IMG/VR virus record: IMGVR_UViG_3300027710_000022
Span: 1-64,000 of that record
Strand: one strand, 5' to 3'
Source: a virus
Lineage: Duplodnaviria; Caudoviricetes
Length of the DNA: 64,000 nt
Below are positions 56,416 to 64,000 of this stretch, piece after piece. Positions within the stretch are counted from its first letter, which is position 1; the number at the start of each line of letters is the position of its first letter. Below the pieces are notes generated by a model that saw only the letters and a program-made list of their open reading frames with translations, searched no databases and was not told where the DNA came from. A program made the position numbers and the translations under genes.

Positions 56416-58701
56416 ATGAGGAAATTATTAGTAATATGTTTTTTACTAATCTCATTTTTAGGGTTCGGACAGAGTGTATCTGCTCCGGACTCTAAGTCGT
56501 TTATACCGTCTACAATTGGGCAAGATGCAAGTGGGTTTAGTTTAAGTGGATTTTCTACGACATCTAATTTGTTAGCATCAATAAGTTTAATCAACCCATC
56601 AACAAATACTACGTTCTACCTTAATACAACAACGGGTTTAACCGCAGCAAGTGGATTTACTTTAACAGGTAATAAAACTCGTTTAGTGGTAACAGGTACA
56701 ATGGCTAGTATCAATAATGCATTAGCATCTTTAAAAATAACCACAGGCTCAGTAGTTGGTAATGTTCAAATATCGGTAGCGGCAACTGTAAACCCTGTTG
56801 GATATTTTTACAATGGTGTAAACGGACACTTTTATAGACCAATATCAACAGGTACAACATACACCGGAGCAAGAGCCGCATCATTATTAACAACATTCAA
56901 AGGACAGACAGGATATTTAGTAACAATAACATCAGCATCTGAAAATGCTTTTATATTTTCCAACGTACCACAAGCTAATATATGGTTTGCGGCAACCGAT
57001 GAAGTTAAAGATGGGACTTGGGTAATTGACGCGGGACCTGAAAAGGGGACGGTAATGAAAACCTCAAATGGACAAACCGCCGGAAATATTCCTGGTGTTT
57101 ATAATAACTGGGCATCAGGTGAACCAAATGGTAATAATGGTAGTGAGAATTATGCAGTAACAAACTGGAACAGTCAACCAACATGGAATGATTTATCAAA
57201 CAATTGGAACAATCCTTATATAATTGAATACGGAACTTGGACTAACCCTGATGATGCAACATTTACTGAATTTTATACCAATAGTGTAACTCACTCAAAC
57301 GGAGAAGTATTAAGAGCATCATTTAATGTTGATTTTGGAACTAATATAGATGAAACTAAATTTTCAGCAAAAGGATATACATACACAAATAATACTTGGA
57401 ATGTAGTAAACGGAACCGCTAAACAATTAAGTGGTTTAGGTAAAGTTGATTTAACGAGTTTATTAGATACTTCTAAAACTGCAAATGGAGTTAAAGCGAC
57501 AACATCCGCTGGACAAGTTGAATGGGCAATAATAAATCCATATGACGCCAATTTAGGTGGACATCAATTATTAATAGACGAAAGAGAATTTGATGGAACG
57601 GGTGTTTCTCCAAACAATGTAACTTCAATTAAATTATTTGATATATACGATGGACCAGTTACCGTTAGTAATGTAAGTGGTTTTTGGAAAACCTATATAA
57701 TGTCAGGTAATTTAACAACCAAAATAACTTCATCAACATTTCAATCTCAATTAAGATTACAAGATGGTTGGTATGGAACGAAAGCTGAATTTACTTTTTC
57801 ACCAACGATGACATATAAACCACACGGAATGGAATTATCTCATTCTAATCAAAACGAACTAAACACATTATATAATAGTATTGTTACAGTATCGGATGTT
57901 TTTTTAGCGTTTAAGGAATTGGCGGATGGTGGGATATTTGGAAATCAAAGTGGGATGGGATTAACAAATGGTATTCAGTATTTGAACGCAGATGTGGACG
58001 GTAATGGGGTATTTAATGAAAGTGATACATATAAATTATTACAACATCTTACAGGAGTTCAATCACTTTCACAATCCACGGCATTAACTTATTTGATGAA
58101 GTTATATAACAAATCCGATTATGATGGGATAACAACATCAAATTGGGCGACTCAATTTAATTCAACTCGTAATCTACTTCCATTTACATTGAGTAGTTTG
58201 AATAACACGTATAATTTAAGTGTAACTTGGTTGGGTGATGTAAACCTTTCACATTCAGCACAGCAAAGTGTAAGTGGTGTTGCAACTAATTCATATAGGA
58301 CAATGAGTTTAACAACTAATTCAGTTTCAAATGAAATTAACGCATCACTTATGGGTGAAAATATAGGTGGTAAAGTTGTAGTAACTATATCAATAGACCC
58401 GTTACAACAAGAGTTAGTTGGTGCACAATTCCAATTAAATTATGATAATACGATATTAGAATTCCAAAAGGTAGAGTTTATAACAAAAGGTAACCCAACT
58501 AATTTTGGAACCGATAAAGGTACCTATGTAAAAATTGGGTCTCTAATTGGTGATGCATCAACTACATTGGATAAAACAACGGAATATAAAATAACATTTG
58601 TACCAAAAATTGGAATAACCGGAATATTAGGATTGACTTCAATATCAACAACTGATGCGGTTAATAAAAATGGAACACAATTAAAAGTGAAAGTAAACTA
58701 A
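56416..58701 (+). CDS. Exported protein: C-type lectin domain plus dockerin-like and cohesin-like modules
   Basis: GYLVTITSASENAFI...IW.AATD...NWASGEPN...WNDL...YIIEYG; ADVDGNGVFNESDTYKLLQHL; GAQFQLNYDNTILEF. Confidence 0.7.
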   Translation: MRKLLVICFLLISFLGFGQSVSAPDSKSFIPSTIGQDASGFSLSGFSTTSNLLASISLINPSTNTTFYLNTTTGLTAASGFTLTGNKTRLVVTGTMASINNALASLKITTGSVVGNVQISVAATVNPVGYFYNGVNGHFYRPISTGTTYTGARAASLLTTFKGQTGYLVTITSASENAFIFSNVPQANIWFAATDEVKDGTWVIDAGPEKGTVMKTSNGQTAGNIPGVYNNWASGEPNGNNGSENYAVTNWNSQPTWNDLSNNWNNPYIIEYGTWTNPDDATFTEFYTNSVTHSNGEVLRASFNVDFGTNIDETKFSAKGYTYTNNTWNVVNGTAKQLSGLGKVDLTSLLDTSKTANGVKATTSAGQVEWAIINPYDANLGGHQLLIDEREFDGTGVSPNNVTSIKLFDIYDGPVTVSNVSGFWKTYIMSGNLTTKITSSTFQSQLRLQDGWYGTKAEFTFSPTMTYKPHGMELSHSNQNELNTLYNSIVTVSDVFLAFKELADGGIFGNQSGMGLTNGIQYLNADVDGNGVFNESDTYKLLQHLTGVQSLSQSTALTYLMKLYNKSDYDGITTSNWATQFNSTRNLLPFTLSSLNNTYNLSVTWLGDVNLSHSAQQSVSGVATNSYRTMSLTTNSVSNEINASLMGENIGGKVVVTISIDPLQQELVGAQFQLNYDNTILEFQKVEFITKGNPTNFGTDKGTYVKIGSLIGDASTTLDKTTEYKITFVPKIGITGILGLTSISTTDAVNKNGTQLKVKVN

Positions 58702-59594
58702 TGAAAAAACTATTATTAATCATATCGTTAGTTTTGATTGGATTTGTATCAAATGCACAAATACAAAAACCCGATACATTACAACTATCGGCAAAAGAAT
58801 TATTTGGAGAGAGTGATGATTGGAACGATGTGGGTATATTACAATCCTATGTTAATTTTTCAAAAGATGTACTTTCATCCTCAAACTTATCAGTTGGTAT
58901 AATTGGAAAACAAATATCAACTACTCTTAATTTGGGTTACAATAAATCATCTATGAATGGGCAGTGGGGACATACATTCGCGGGATCAATAAATCCTATA
59001 TGGAACTACTATGGTGTGGGTTATGGCCTTAGTAAAAATACTGAAAAAAGAACTACTACATTACAATCATTTTATTCAACGGATTTTGATTTCCAAAAAG
59101 ATATTACATTATCATTTATCGATGTATTCAGAACTAAAAAGTTTGGAACATTCGGTTATAGTGTAATTGCGTCAAAATCATTTTGGGAGACTTATCAGGG
59201 TGAGTGGGAAGGAAAATATACGGTAGATGAAAATGGTGATTTTAAAGATTTAATATACCCAATGATACCGGCATCAAGTGAAATAAGTTATAGAGGTATG
59301 GTGATGTACACATATACATTGAAAACAAAGAGAGTAAACATATCACCACAAATATTTGCAATGAGCGATGTATATAAAGTATTTAAAGATGGTACTGAAT
59401 CGGATTTAGCATATATAGACGATTTCAATTTGGACTTATATTATGGAACATCTATTGATTGGAAAATAACTAAAAGGTTCATTTTGAATACTAATATTAG
59501 ATATAACACAACTTTTGACAAATTGAGCGAATCGGTTGGGTATAAAAAGAGTAATCCAATAATGTTTATGATAGGAACAAACTTTCAATTTTAA
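58701..59594 (+). CDS. Outer-membrane beta-barrel protein
   Basis: Signal peptide, amphipathic aromatic strands, terminal IGTNFQF (BAM-type signal). Confidence 0.65.
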   Translation: MKKLLLIISLVLIGFVSNAQIQKPDTLQLSAKELFGESDDWNDVGILQSYVNFSKDVLSSSNLSVGIIGKQISTTLNLGYNKSSMNGQWGHTFAGSINPIWNYYGVGYGLSKNTEKRTTTLQSFYSTDFDFQKDITLSFIDVFRTKKFGTFGYSVIASKSFWETYQGEWEGKYTVDENGDFKDLIYPMIPASSEISYRGMVMYTYTLKTKRVNISPQIFAMSDVYKVFKDGTESDLAYIDDFNLDLYYGTSIDWKITKRFILNTNIRYNTTFDKLSESVGYKKSNPIMFMIGTNFQF

Positions 59595-59597
59595 CAT

Positions 59598-59939
59598 ATG
59601 AAAAAAATACTATTCATATTTGTGATTTTACTATGGGGTTGTACTAAGATGGATATCCCAACCCCAACTTCCCCTGTTGAAAAAATATTCAATGTGGGTG
59701 AAAGTAGTGTAACAAATGGTCAATCAATTTTTTTTGATTTAACCTCTAATACTGTACATTATTTAATTTTAATCGATAAAAATAGTGGACAAGTAATAAG
59801 TCGAGAAAAATTTAATGGTCAAATAGGTGAAAATGAAAAAAAGATTTATACCAATTCACTACCCAAGGGATATTTATATTTAGTACTTGAGGATGTGGAT
59901 AAAAAAGAATTAAAAAAGACAACAATAATAGTAAATTAA
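59598..59939 (+). CDS. Small lipoprotein with Ig-like/T9SS-CTD-like fold
   Basis: Lipobox LWGC; YTNSLPKGYLYLVL. Confidence 0.55.
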   Translation: MKKILFIFVILLWGCTKMDIPTPTSPVEKIFNVGESSVTNGQSIFFDLTSNTVHYLILIDKNSGQVISREKFNGQIGENEKKIYTNSLPKGYLYLVLEDVDKKELKKTTIIVN

Positions 59940-59942
59940 AAA

Positions 59943-60323
59943 ATGACAAAAATGAAAAAGATTCTCTTATTGGTATTGGTATCCACAATTTTAACAGGAT
60001 GTTATAAGGACGATATCTTACCCGCACCTCAATCAATATCAGAAGACCTTAAAATGGCAAGTTCTGTTGGTATTAAACTACAATCAGCATTTGTCACTTC
60101 AGAAGTGGCTATGAACGTTAAAATTGAAACCGCAGGTTCGGTAACAATTAAAATATTTGACATTTCAAATAGGGTGGTATCTAAAGAAACAATGAATGTA
60201 ATTGCCGGTGATAATTTATTGAAGGTTTACACAAACGCATTACCATCATCAGCATACAGAATTGGATTGTTTGACTCTAACGGTAAACAATTAGGAATTA
60301 CAGATTTTAATAAAATACAATAA
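59943..60323 (+). CDS. Small lipoprotein with Ig-like/T9SS-CTD-like fold
   Basis: Lipobox LTGC; GSVTIKIFDISNRVV...GDN...YTNALPSSAYRI. Confidence 0.6.
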   Translation: MTKMKKILLLVLVSTILTGCYKDDILPAPQSISEDLKMASSVGIKLQSAFVTSEVAMNVKIETAGSVTIKIFDISNRVVSKETMNVIAGDNLLKVYTNALPSSAYRIGLFDSNGKQLGITDFNKIQ

Positions 60324-60343
60324 TTATATAAAAACAAAATACA

Positions 60344-60661
60344 ATGTCAGAAGAAGTAGAAAATTCAAACGATGGGACTTTATCAGGATTGAAAAAAACT
60401 ATTATTGGTGTAATAACAACAGCAGTAATGGGATTAGGAACTTGGGGAGTAACCCAAATAACGGGTGGTGGTGATGAACCTGCACCGGTACAACAGGCAG
60501 CACCTGTAATTAACATTACAAACTCAAACCAACAGGCACAACAAGCGTCAGGTGGTGGTAAGACAGTTGTAATTAAAGAAAAAGAAACAATTAAAGAAAA
60601 ACCAGCACCGGTTAAGAAAAAAGAAGGTGATGAGTTTAAAGAAGAGGCTCCTAAGTGGTAA
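60344..60661 (+). CDS. Single-TM protein with P/Q/K-rich tail
   Basis: LKKTIIGVITTAVMGLGTWGV followed by a low-complexity region. Confidence 0.65.
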   Translation: MSEEVENSNDGTLSGLKKTIIGVITTAVMGLGTWGVTQITGGGDEPAPVQQAAPVINITNSNQQAQQASGGGKTVVIKEKETIKEKPAPVKKKEGDEFKEEAPKW

Positions 60662-60662
60662 T

Positions 60663-60815
60663 ATGGAACAGGGGTTAAGTTTTATATCAGTGGTTTCTAT
60701 ATCTATGATAGGAATAGCAATCGATTCACCAATATGGTTTTTATCATCATTCGTAATCGGTTGTACATATCTAGTTATTAGAGGAAAGAAAAAGGGCTGG
60801 CGTTGGGAAAGATAA
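60663..60815 (+). CDS. Small membrane protein
   Basis: 50 aa, two hydrophobic segments, basic tail. Confidence 0.5.
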   Translation: MEQGLSFISVVSISMIGIAIDSPIWFLSSFVIGCTYLVIRGKKKGWRWER

Positions 60816-60837
60816 AAATTTAGTAAAACAATTAAAA

Positions 60838-61467
60838 ATGTCAGAAAAAAAAGAACAACCGAGTGGTTTTAAAGATTTATTGAGTAATATGATGAAACGC
60901 AGATGGTATATTACTGCGTTAGTATTGGGTGGATTTATGTTTATTATAGGAGGAATGTTTTTCGCCATACTAAACAAATCAGAAATAGCGGGAGAATGGA
61001 AAGAACTTCTTTTATTGTTATTAGGTGCTTTCATTGGTTCTTATGGTAAAATCATTGACTATTGGTTTAGTGATACCGATAAGGATAAGATGTTAGTTCA
61101 GAAAATGGATGAGGAAGATGGTACATCATTAAGTAACACAGCTGATATGCCTGTAACTCCACCGAATAATAGTCCTTTAATTCCTGAATCATTTCAAACA
61201 GCATTAGAGAATTCAAAAGTTGAAAAGATAAACGATACGTTTGAACAAGTACCGACTACACAACCAAGAACTGGTGTGGAGGTTGATGAAGATGGTGATG
61301 GTACAATGGATGGTATTGATTTTGATGGTGATGGTAAAATTGACATGTATTTCGCACACAGACAATGTGAACACGTTTGGGGAGATTTAGACGGAGATGG
61401 TACTGAGGAATGTTTGAAATGTGGTAAGATAAAAGATGAAATTGCAGAAATGCATATGGAAGGATAA
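60838..61467 (+). CDS. Two-TM protein with acidic Ca-binding-like DxDGDG repeats
   Basis: DEDGDG, DFDGDG, DLDGDG; CEH...CLKC. Confidence 0.65.
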   Translation: MSEKKEQPSGFKDLLSNMMKRRWYITALVLGGFMFIIGGMFFAILNKSEIAGEWKELLLLLLGAFIGSYGKIIDYWFSDTDKDKMLVQKMDEEDGTSLSNTADMPVTPPNNSPLIPESFQTALENSKVEKINDTFEQVPTTQPRTGVEVDEDGDGTMDGIDFDGDGKIDMYFAHRQCEHVWGDLDGDGTEECLKCGKIKDEIAEMHMEG

Positions 61468-61492
61468 TAAATAAAATTAAAAATTGACAAAA

Positions 61493-61741
61493 ATGAAATT
61501 TAAAGAATGGGTTATCGAACTTTTCAAAGATGAAAGGGGATCAATATCGGTTAAGCCGGTAATAGCAATGGTAGGTGCAATGTTCCTATGTATTACGATG
61601 GTATTAAATTCGTTCTCTCACGCGGATTTCGCACCGTCACCTGAATTAGTTAATGCTGTGATGTTAATCACAGGAATTGGTATGGGTGCTGATACGGTGG
61701 ACAAGTTCACACACAAAAAGAAAGACGAAATGGAAGGTTAA
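61493..61741 (+). CDS. Two-TM holin-like membrane protein
   Basis: DERGSISVKPVIA...two TM helices, charged C-terminus. Confidence 0.55.
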   Translation: MKFKEWVIELFKDERGSISVKPVIAMVGAMFLCITMVLNSFSHADFAPSPELVNAVMLITGIGMGADTVDKFTHKKKDEMEG

Positions 61742-61745
61742 TATT

Positions 61746-61771
61746 AAGGGGGGATAAAACCCCCCTTTTTT
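61746..61771 (+). terminator. Intrinsic terminator
   Basis: AAGGGGGG ATAAAA CCCCCCTTTTT. Confidence 0.75.
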
Positions 61772-61800
61772 AATAAAAATTTATTTAAAATTAATTAAAA

Positions 61801-61971
61801 ATGGAAGAAAATAATGAAATCGTTACAATTATTGAAGAAATAATTACGGAACCCGAAATTGTCGAGGTTGTTGAAGAAGTAATTTCAGAACCTGAAATTG
61901 TTGAGGTTGTTGAAGAAGTAAAAAATAAAACATTTAAAAGAAAATCACACCCAAAAAATTGGAAGGGTTAA
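61801..61971 (+). CDS. 56-aa acidic repeat peptide with basic tail
   Basis: EPEIVEVVEEV twice, then KNKTFKRKSHPKNWKG. Confidence 0.5.
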   Translation: MEENNEIVTIIEEIITEPEIVEVVEEVISEPEIVEVVEEVKNKTFKRKSHPKNWKG

Positions 61972-61981
61972 AATAGAATGT

Positions 61982-62704
61982 ATGAAAAAATTATTAATAT
62001 TATTAAGTGTTCTTTTACTAAGCGTTGTTGCCGTTAGTGCACAAACAATTGGTAAAACTAAAACAGAAGAGTATAAGGCAGACTTTGAAAAGAAAAGAGA
62101 TATAAGTGCTTACATGGATTACGATGGACCCCAAATTCCAATTCAAATATTAAAGGCCGGAATTTCTGATGAAATGTATGAGATGTATCCTGAATTAAAA
62201 GAAAAACGTGTTGGTTTAGGTGTTGCCAATATTTCAATGGAATACCTTGAAAACTTAAACAGATTCAAATTTACCGAAGATAAAACGGAAATTAAGAATC
62301 GTATGGTAAAACAATTCCAAGCATCTGCAGCAGGCATATCTGAAAACAAATTAGATGGTCGTGGTAAAATCAATTTGGCGGAGTATTTTGTCACTATTGA
62401 GTGTTATGACTACTCGGTATCAGAAGATGAAACCATTAACCTAAAAGACGGTATTAAAGACAATATGGTAACTCGTATAGGTCTTCAGGTTAGATTTACA
62501 AATGCTGAAACTGGAGTAGTATTCGGTGGATCAGGTTTAGGTGAAGCCACAACAAAAAGAGAACTAACCTTATTGTCAGATGCAACGATAGACCCAATTA
62601 AGTTTAATCAATCAACAATATCAATTGCAACAAAAAAGGCTTTAGATGTTGCTTGTGCTAACATTTTAGATAGAATGATTAAAAAGGGTATTTTCACAAA
62701 ATAA
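61982..62704 (+). CDS. CsgG/HfaB-family exported protein
   Basis: Signal peptide; LGVANI..EYL...NRF...E...AEYFV...YDYS; IGLQVRF.NAETG.V..GSG.G.A. Confidence 0.65.
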   Translation: MKKLLILLSVLLLSVVAVSAQTIGKTKTEEYKADFEKKRDISAYMDYDGPQIPIQILKAGISDEMYEMYPELKEKRVGLGVANISMEYLENLNRFKFTEDKTEIKNRMVKQFQASAAGISENKLDGRGKINLAEYFVTIECYDYSVSEDETINLKDGIKDNMVTRIGLQVRFTNAETGVVFGGSGLGEATTKRELTLLSDATIDPIKFNQSTISIATKKALDVACANILDRMIKKGIFTK

Positions 62705-62726
62705 AATCTTAACATAAAGAATTATT

Positions 62727-62756
62727 AAAAAGGGGGTATAATAACCCCCTTTTTTT
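62727..62756 (+). terminator. Intrinsic terminator
   Basis: AAAAAGGGGGT ATAATA ACCCCCTTTTTT. Confidence 0.75.
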
Positions 62757-62778
62757 ATATTTATATAAAAACAAATCT

Positions 62779-63597
62779 ATGAAAACTCTCTTATTTGTAT
62801 TATTATTAATACCGTCCCTGATATTTGGACAAGTGTCAAATTGGAGAACCAATCCTCCACAACAATCAACTCCACAAACAAGAGTGGAAGTGCCTAGAGT
62901 ACAACAAAACACTACACAAACAAACGATATAAGTAGATGGAGAAATAATTCACCTAGACAATCACAACCAGACCCTCGTGGAAGAGTTAGAATTCAAAAT
63001 TGGGGCAGACCTAATCAATTTGGTTATTATTGGGGTAATTGGGGATGGTACCAACCATTCCCATACATATGGTATGATGATTTTGGGTGGAGACAAAGAA
63101 GTGTGATTCGTGTATATGAAAATGGTAAAAGAGACACTATTAGAAAAGAAAAGGTATATACATCGTTTGGTATTGGTCACACAAACAATAAACAAGCATC
63201 ATTTTGGGGAACTATCGGAGGTAAGAAAGGATATTTCATTATGGATTATGTGATGAGTTATGATATAGATAGAAATCAGTATTTTCCAAATGGTAATTTA
63301 GTTATTGCAGATTTTCCTGTTAGTAAAGAGATATTCACAAAAGAACATACACTTTATTTAGGAGGTGGAAAGAGATTCAATAAATTCGGAGTACATACAA
63401 TGATAGGATTTGGTAACGAAATTCAAAGATATCAGGGTAAAGATGACTTAGGTGGTATATCATTTCCAAAATCAAATATAAACTTTACCACATTCAAAGT
63501 CGGACTAATAAGAGATTTCAAATGGTTCACATTAAAATTAGATACTGACCCAATTAGAAAGTATTCTCAAATATCAATCGGACTGAACAATAAATAA
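62779..63597 (+). CDS. Exported protein with Q/P/R-rich linker, W/Y/G-rich segment and beta-barrel-like C-terminus
   Basis: Signal peptide; YYWGNWGWYQP; terminal SQISIGLN strands. Confidence 0.6.
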   Translation: MKTLLFVLLLIPSLIFGQVSNWRTNPPQQSTPQTRVEVPRVQQNTTQTNDISRWRNNSPRQSQPDPRGRVRIQNWGRPNQFGYYWGNWGWYQPFPYIWYDDFGWRQRSVIRVYENGKRDTIRKEKVYTSFGIGHTNNKQASFWGTIGGKKGYFIMDYVMSYDIDRNQYFPNGNLVIADFPVSKEIFTKEHTLYLGGGKRFNKFGVHTMIGFGNEIQRYQGKDDLGGISFPKSNINFTTFKVGLIRDFKWFTLKLDTDPIRKYSQISIGLNNK

Positions 63598-64000
63598 TGA
63601 AAAAATATATTATCTCTCTCCTAATATTATTTTTTTGTGGTAAGTCTTTTGGTCAAAGTACAATAACACAGACTTACATTGACCCATGTGATAATAAAGT
63701 TTACGTGGTTACAATTCCATTTGGTCAAAATCAAACAATTGCAATTATTAGAGGTAAATCAAGAATTGTCACATTAGCGGATATTAATAGTGGAGCGTTC
63801 CAATTATGGGTAAATTCTATATTTGCAACACCGTGTTCGACACAAGATGATGCAATTTTCTTAGCTCAACAAGCAGCGGCAAGAGCGGCGGCAGATGCTG
63901 CAGCTAAAGCGGCCGCGGATGCGGCGGCGGCTGCCGCGGCCAAAGCGGCTTCAGATGCTGCAGCTAAAGCTGCGTCAGATGCCGCAGCCGCTAGTGCCGC
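63597..64000 (+). CDS. Exported protein with Ala-rich repeats (3' truncated by window edge)
   Basis: Manual translation MKKYIISLLILFFCGKSFGQSTITQTYIDPCDNKVY...AAADAAAKAAADAAAAAAAKAASDAAAKAASD. Confidence 0.7.
   Translation, partial: MKKYIISLLILFFCGKSFGQSTITQTYIDPCDNKVYVVTIPFGQNQTIAIIRGKSRIVTLADINSGAFQLWVNSIFATPCSTQDDAIFLAQQAAARAAADAAAKAAADAAAAAAAKAASDAAAKAASDAAAASA

Noticed and set aside
1-64000. Alternative genetic code (stop-codon reassignment), as in some large phages
   Set aside because: Long ORFs are intact in the standard code, genes end in TAA, TAG and TGA, and no suppressor tRNA is present
1-64000. Bacterial chromosome or integrated island as source
   Set aside because: No ribosomal, metabolic or replication housekeeping operons; phage lysis, collar, homing-nuclease and tRNA-array content throughout; no integrase or att site seen

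Overview
AT-rich, densely coding window that reads as part of a large (jumbo-type) bacteriophage genome with a probable Bacteroidota host: many TTTG-N(18-20)-TAnnTTTG promoters, phage lysis and tail-collar genes, no core bacterial housekeeping genes. No capsid, portal or terminase gene lies in the window, so the phage call is inferred. Layout: (1) 1-7.3 kb, a minus-strand array of small early-type genes. Each unit has a host-type promoter and an intrinsic terminator, and the units are separated by spacers holding about 33 copies of TACTGGG/CCCAGTA. (2) A G/C-run junction at 7.3-7.5 kb where the coding strand switches. (3) 7.5-25 kb and 41-45 kb, genes preceded by TATTTATA, about 20 of which share Glu-terminated N-terminal leaders fused to different domains (nucleases, minimal kinases, zincins, peptidoglycan-binding domains); this block also holds a DUF262-HNH gene, a lipase, FeoA and a GH19 endolysin. 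(4) A TonB-dependent receptor, a P-loop kinase and an exported nuclease. (5) A glycosyltransferase/methyltransferase cluster at 32.5-39 kb. (6) An RNA region at 45.4-53.9 kb: tmRNA, an ~870-nt end-paired GOLLD-like RNA, 12 tRNAs, a 151-nt tRNA-like RNA and several stem-closed spacer elements. (7) 54-64 kb, an operon of exported proteins (two CsgG-like, two dockerin+cohesin-like, a C-type lectin domain, beta-barrels, lipoproteins) that looks like a phage-encoded cell-surface assembly system. All family assignments are by-eye motif recognition, not database searches, and all counts are by eye.
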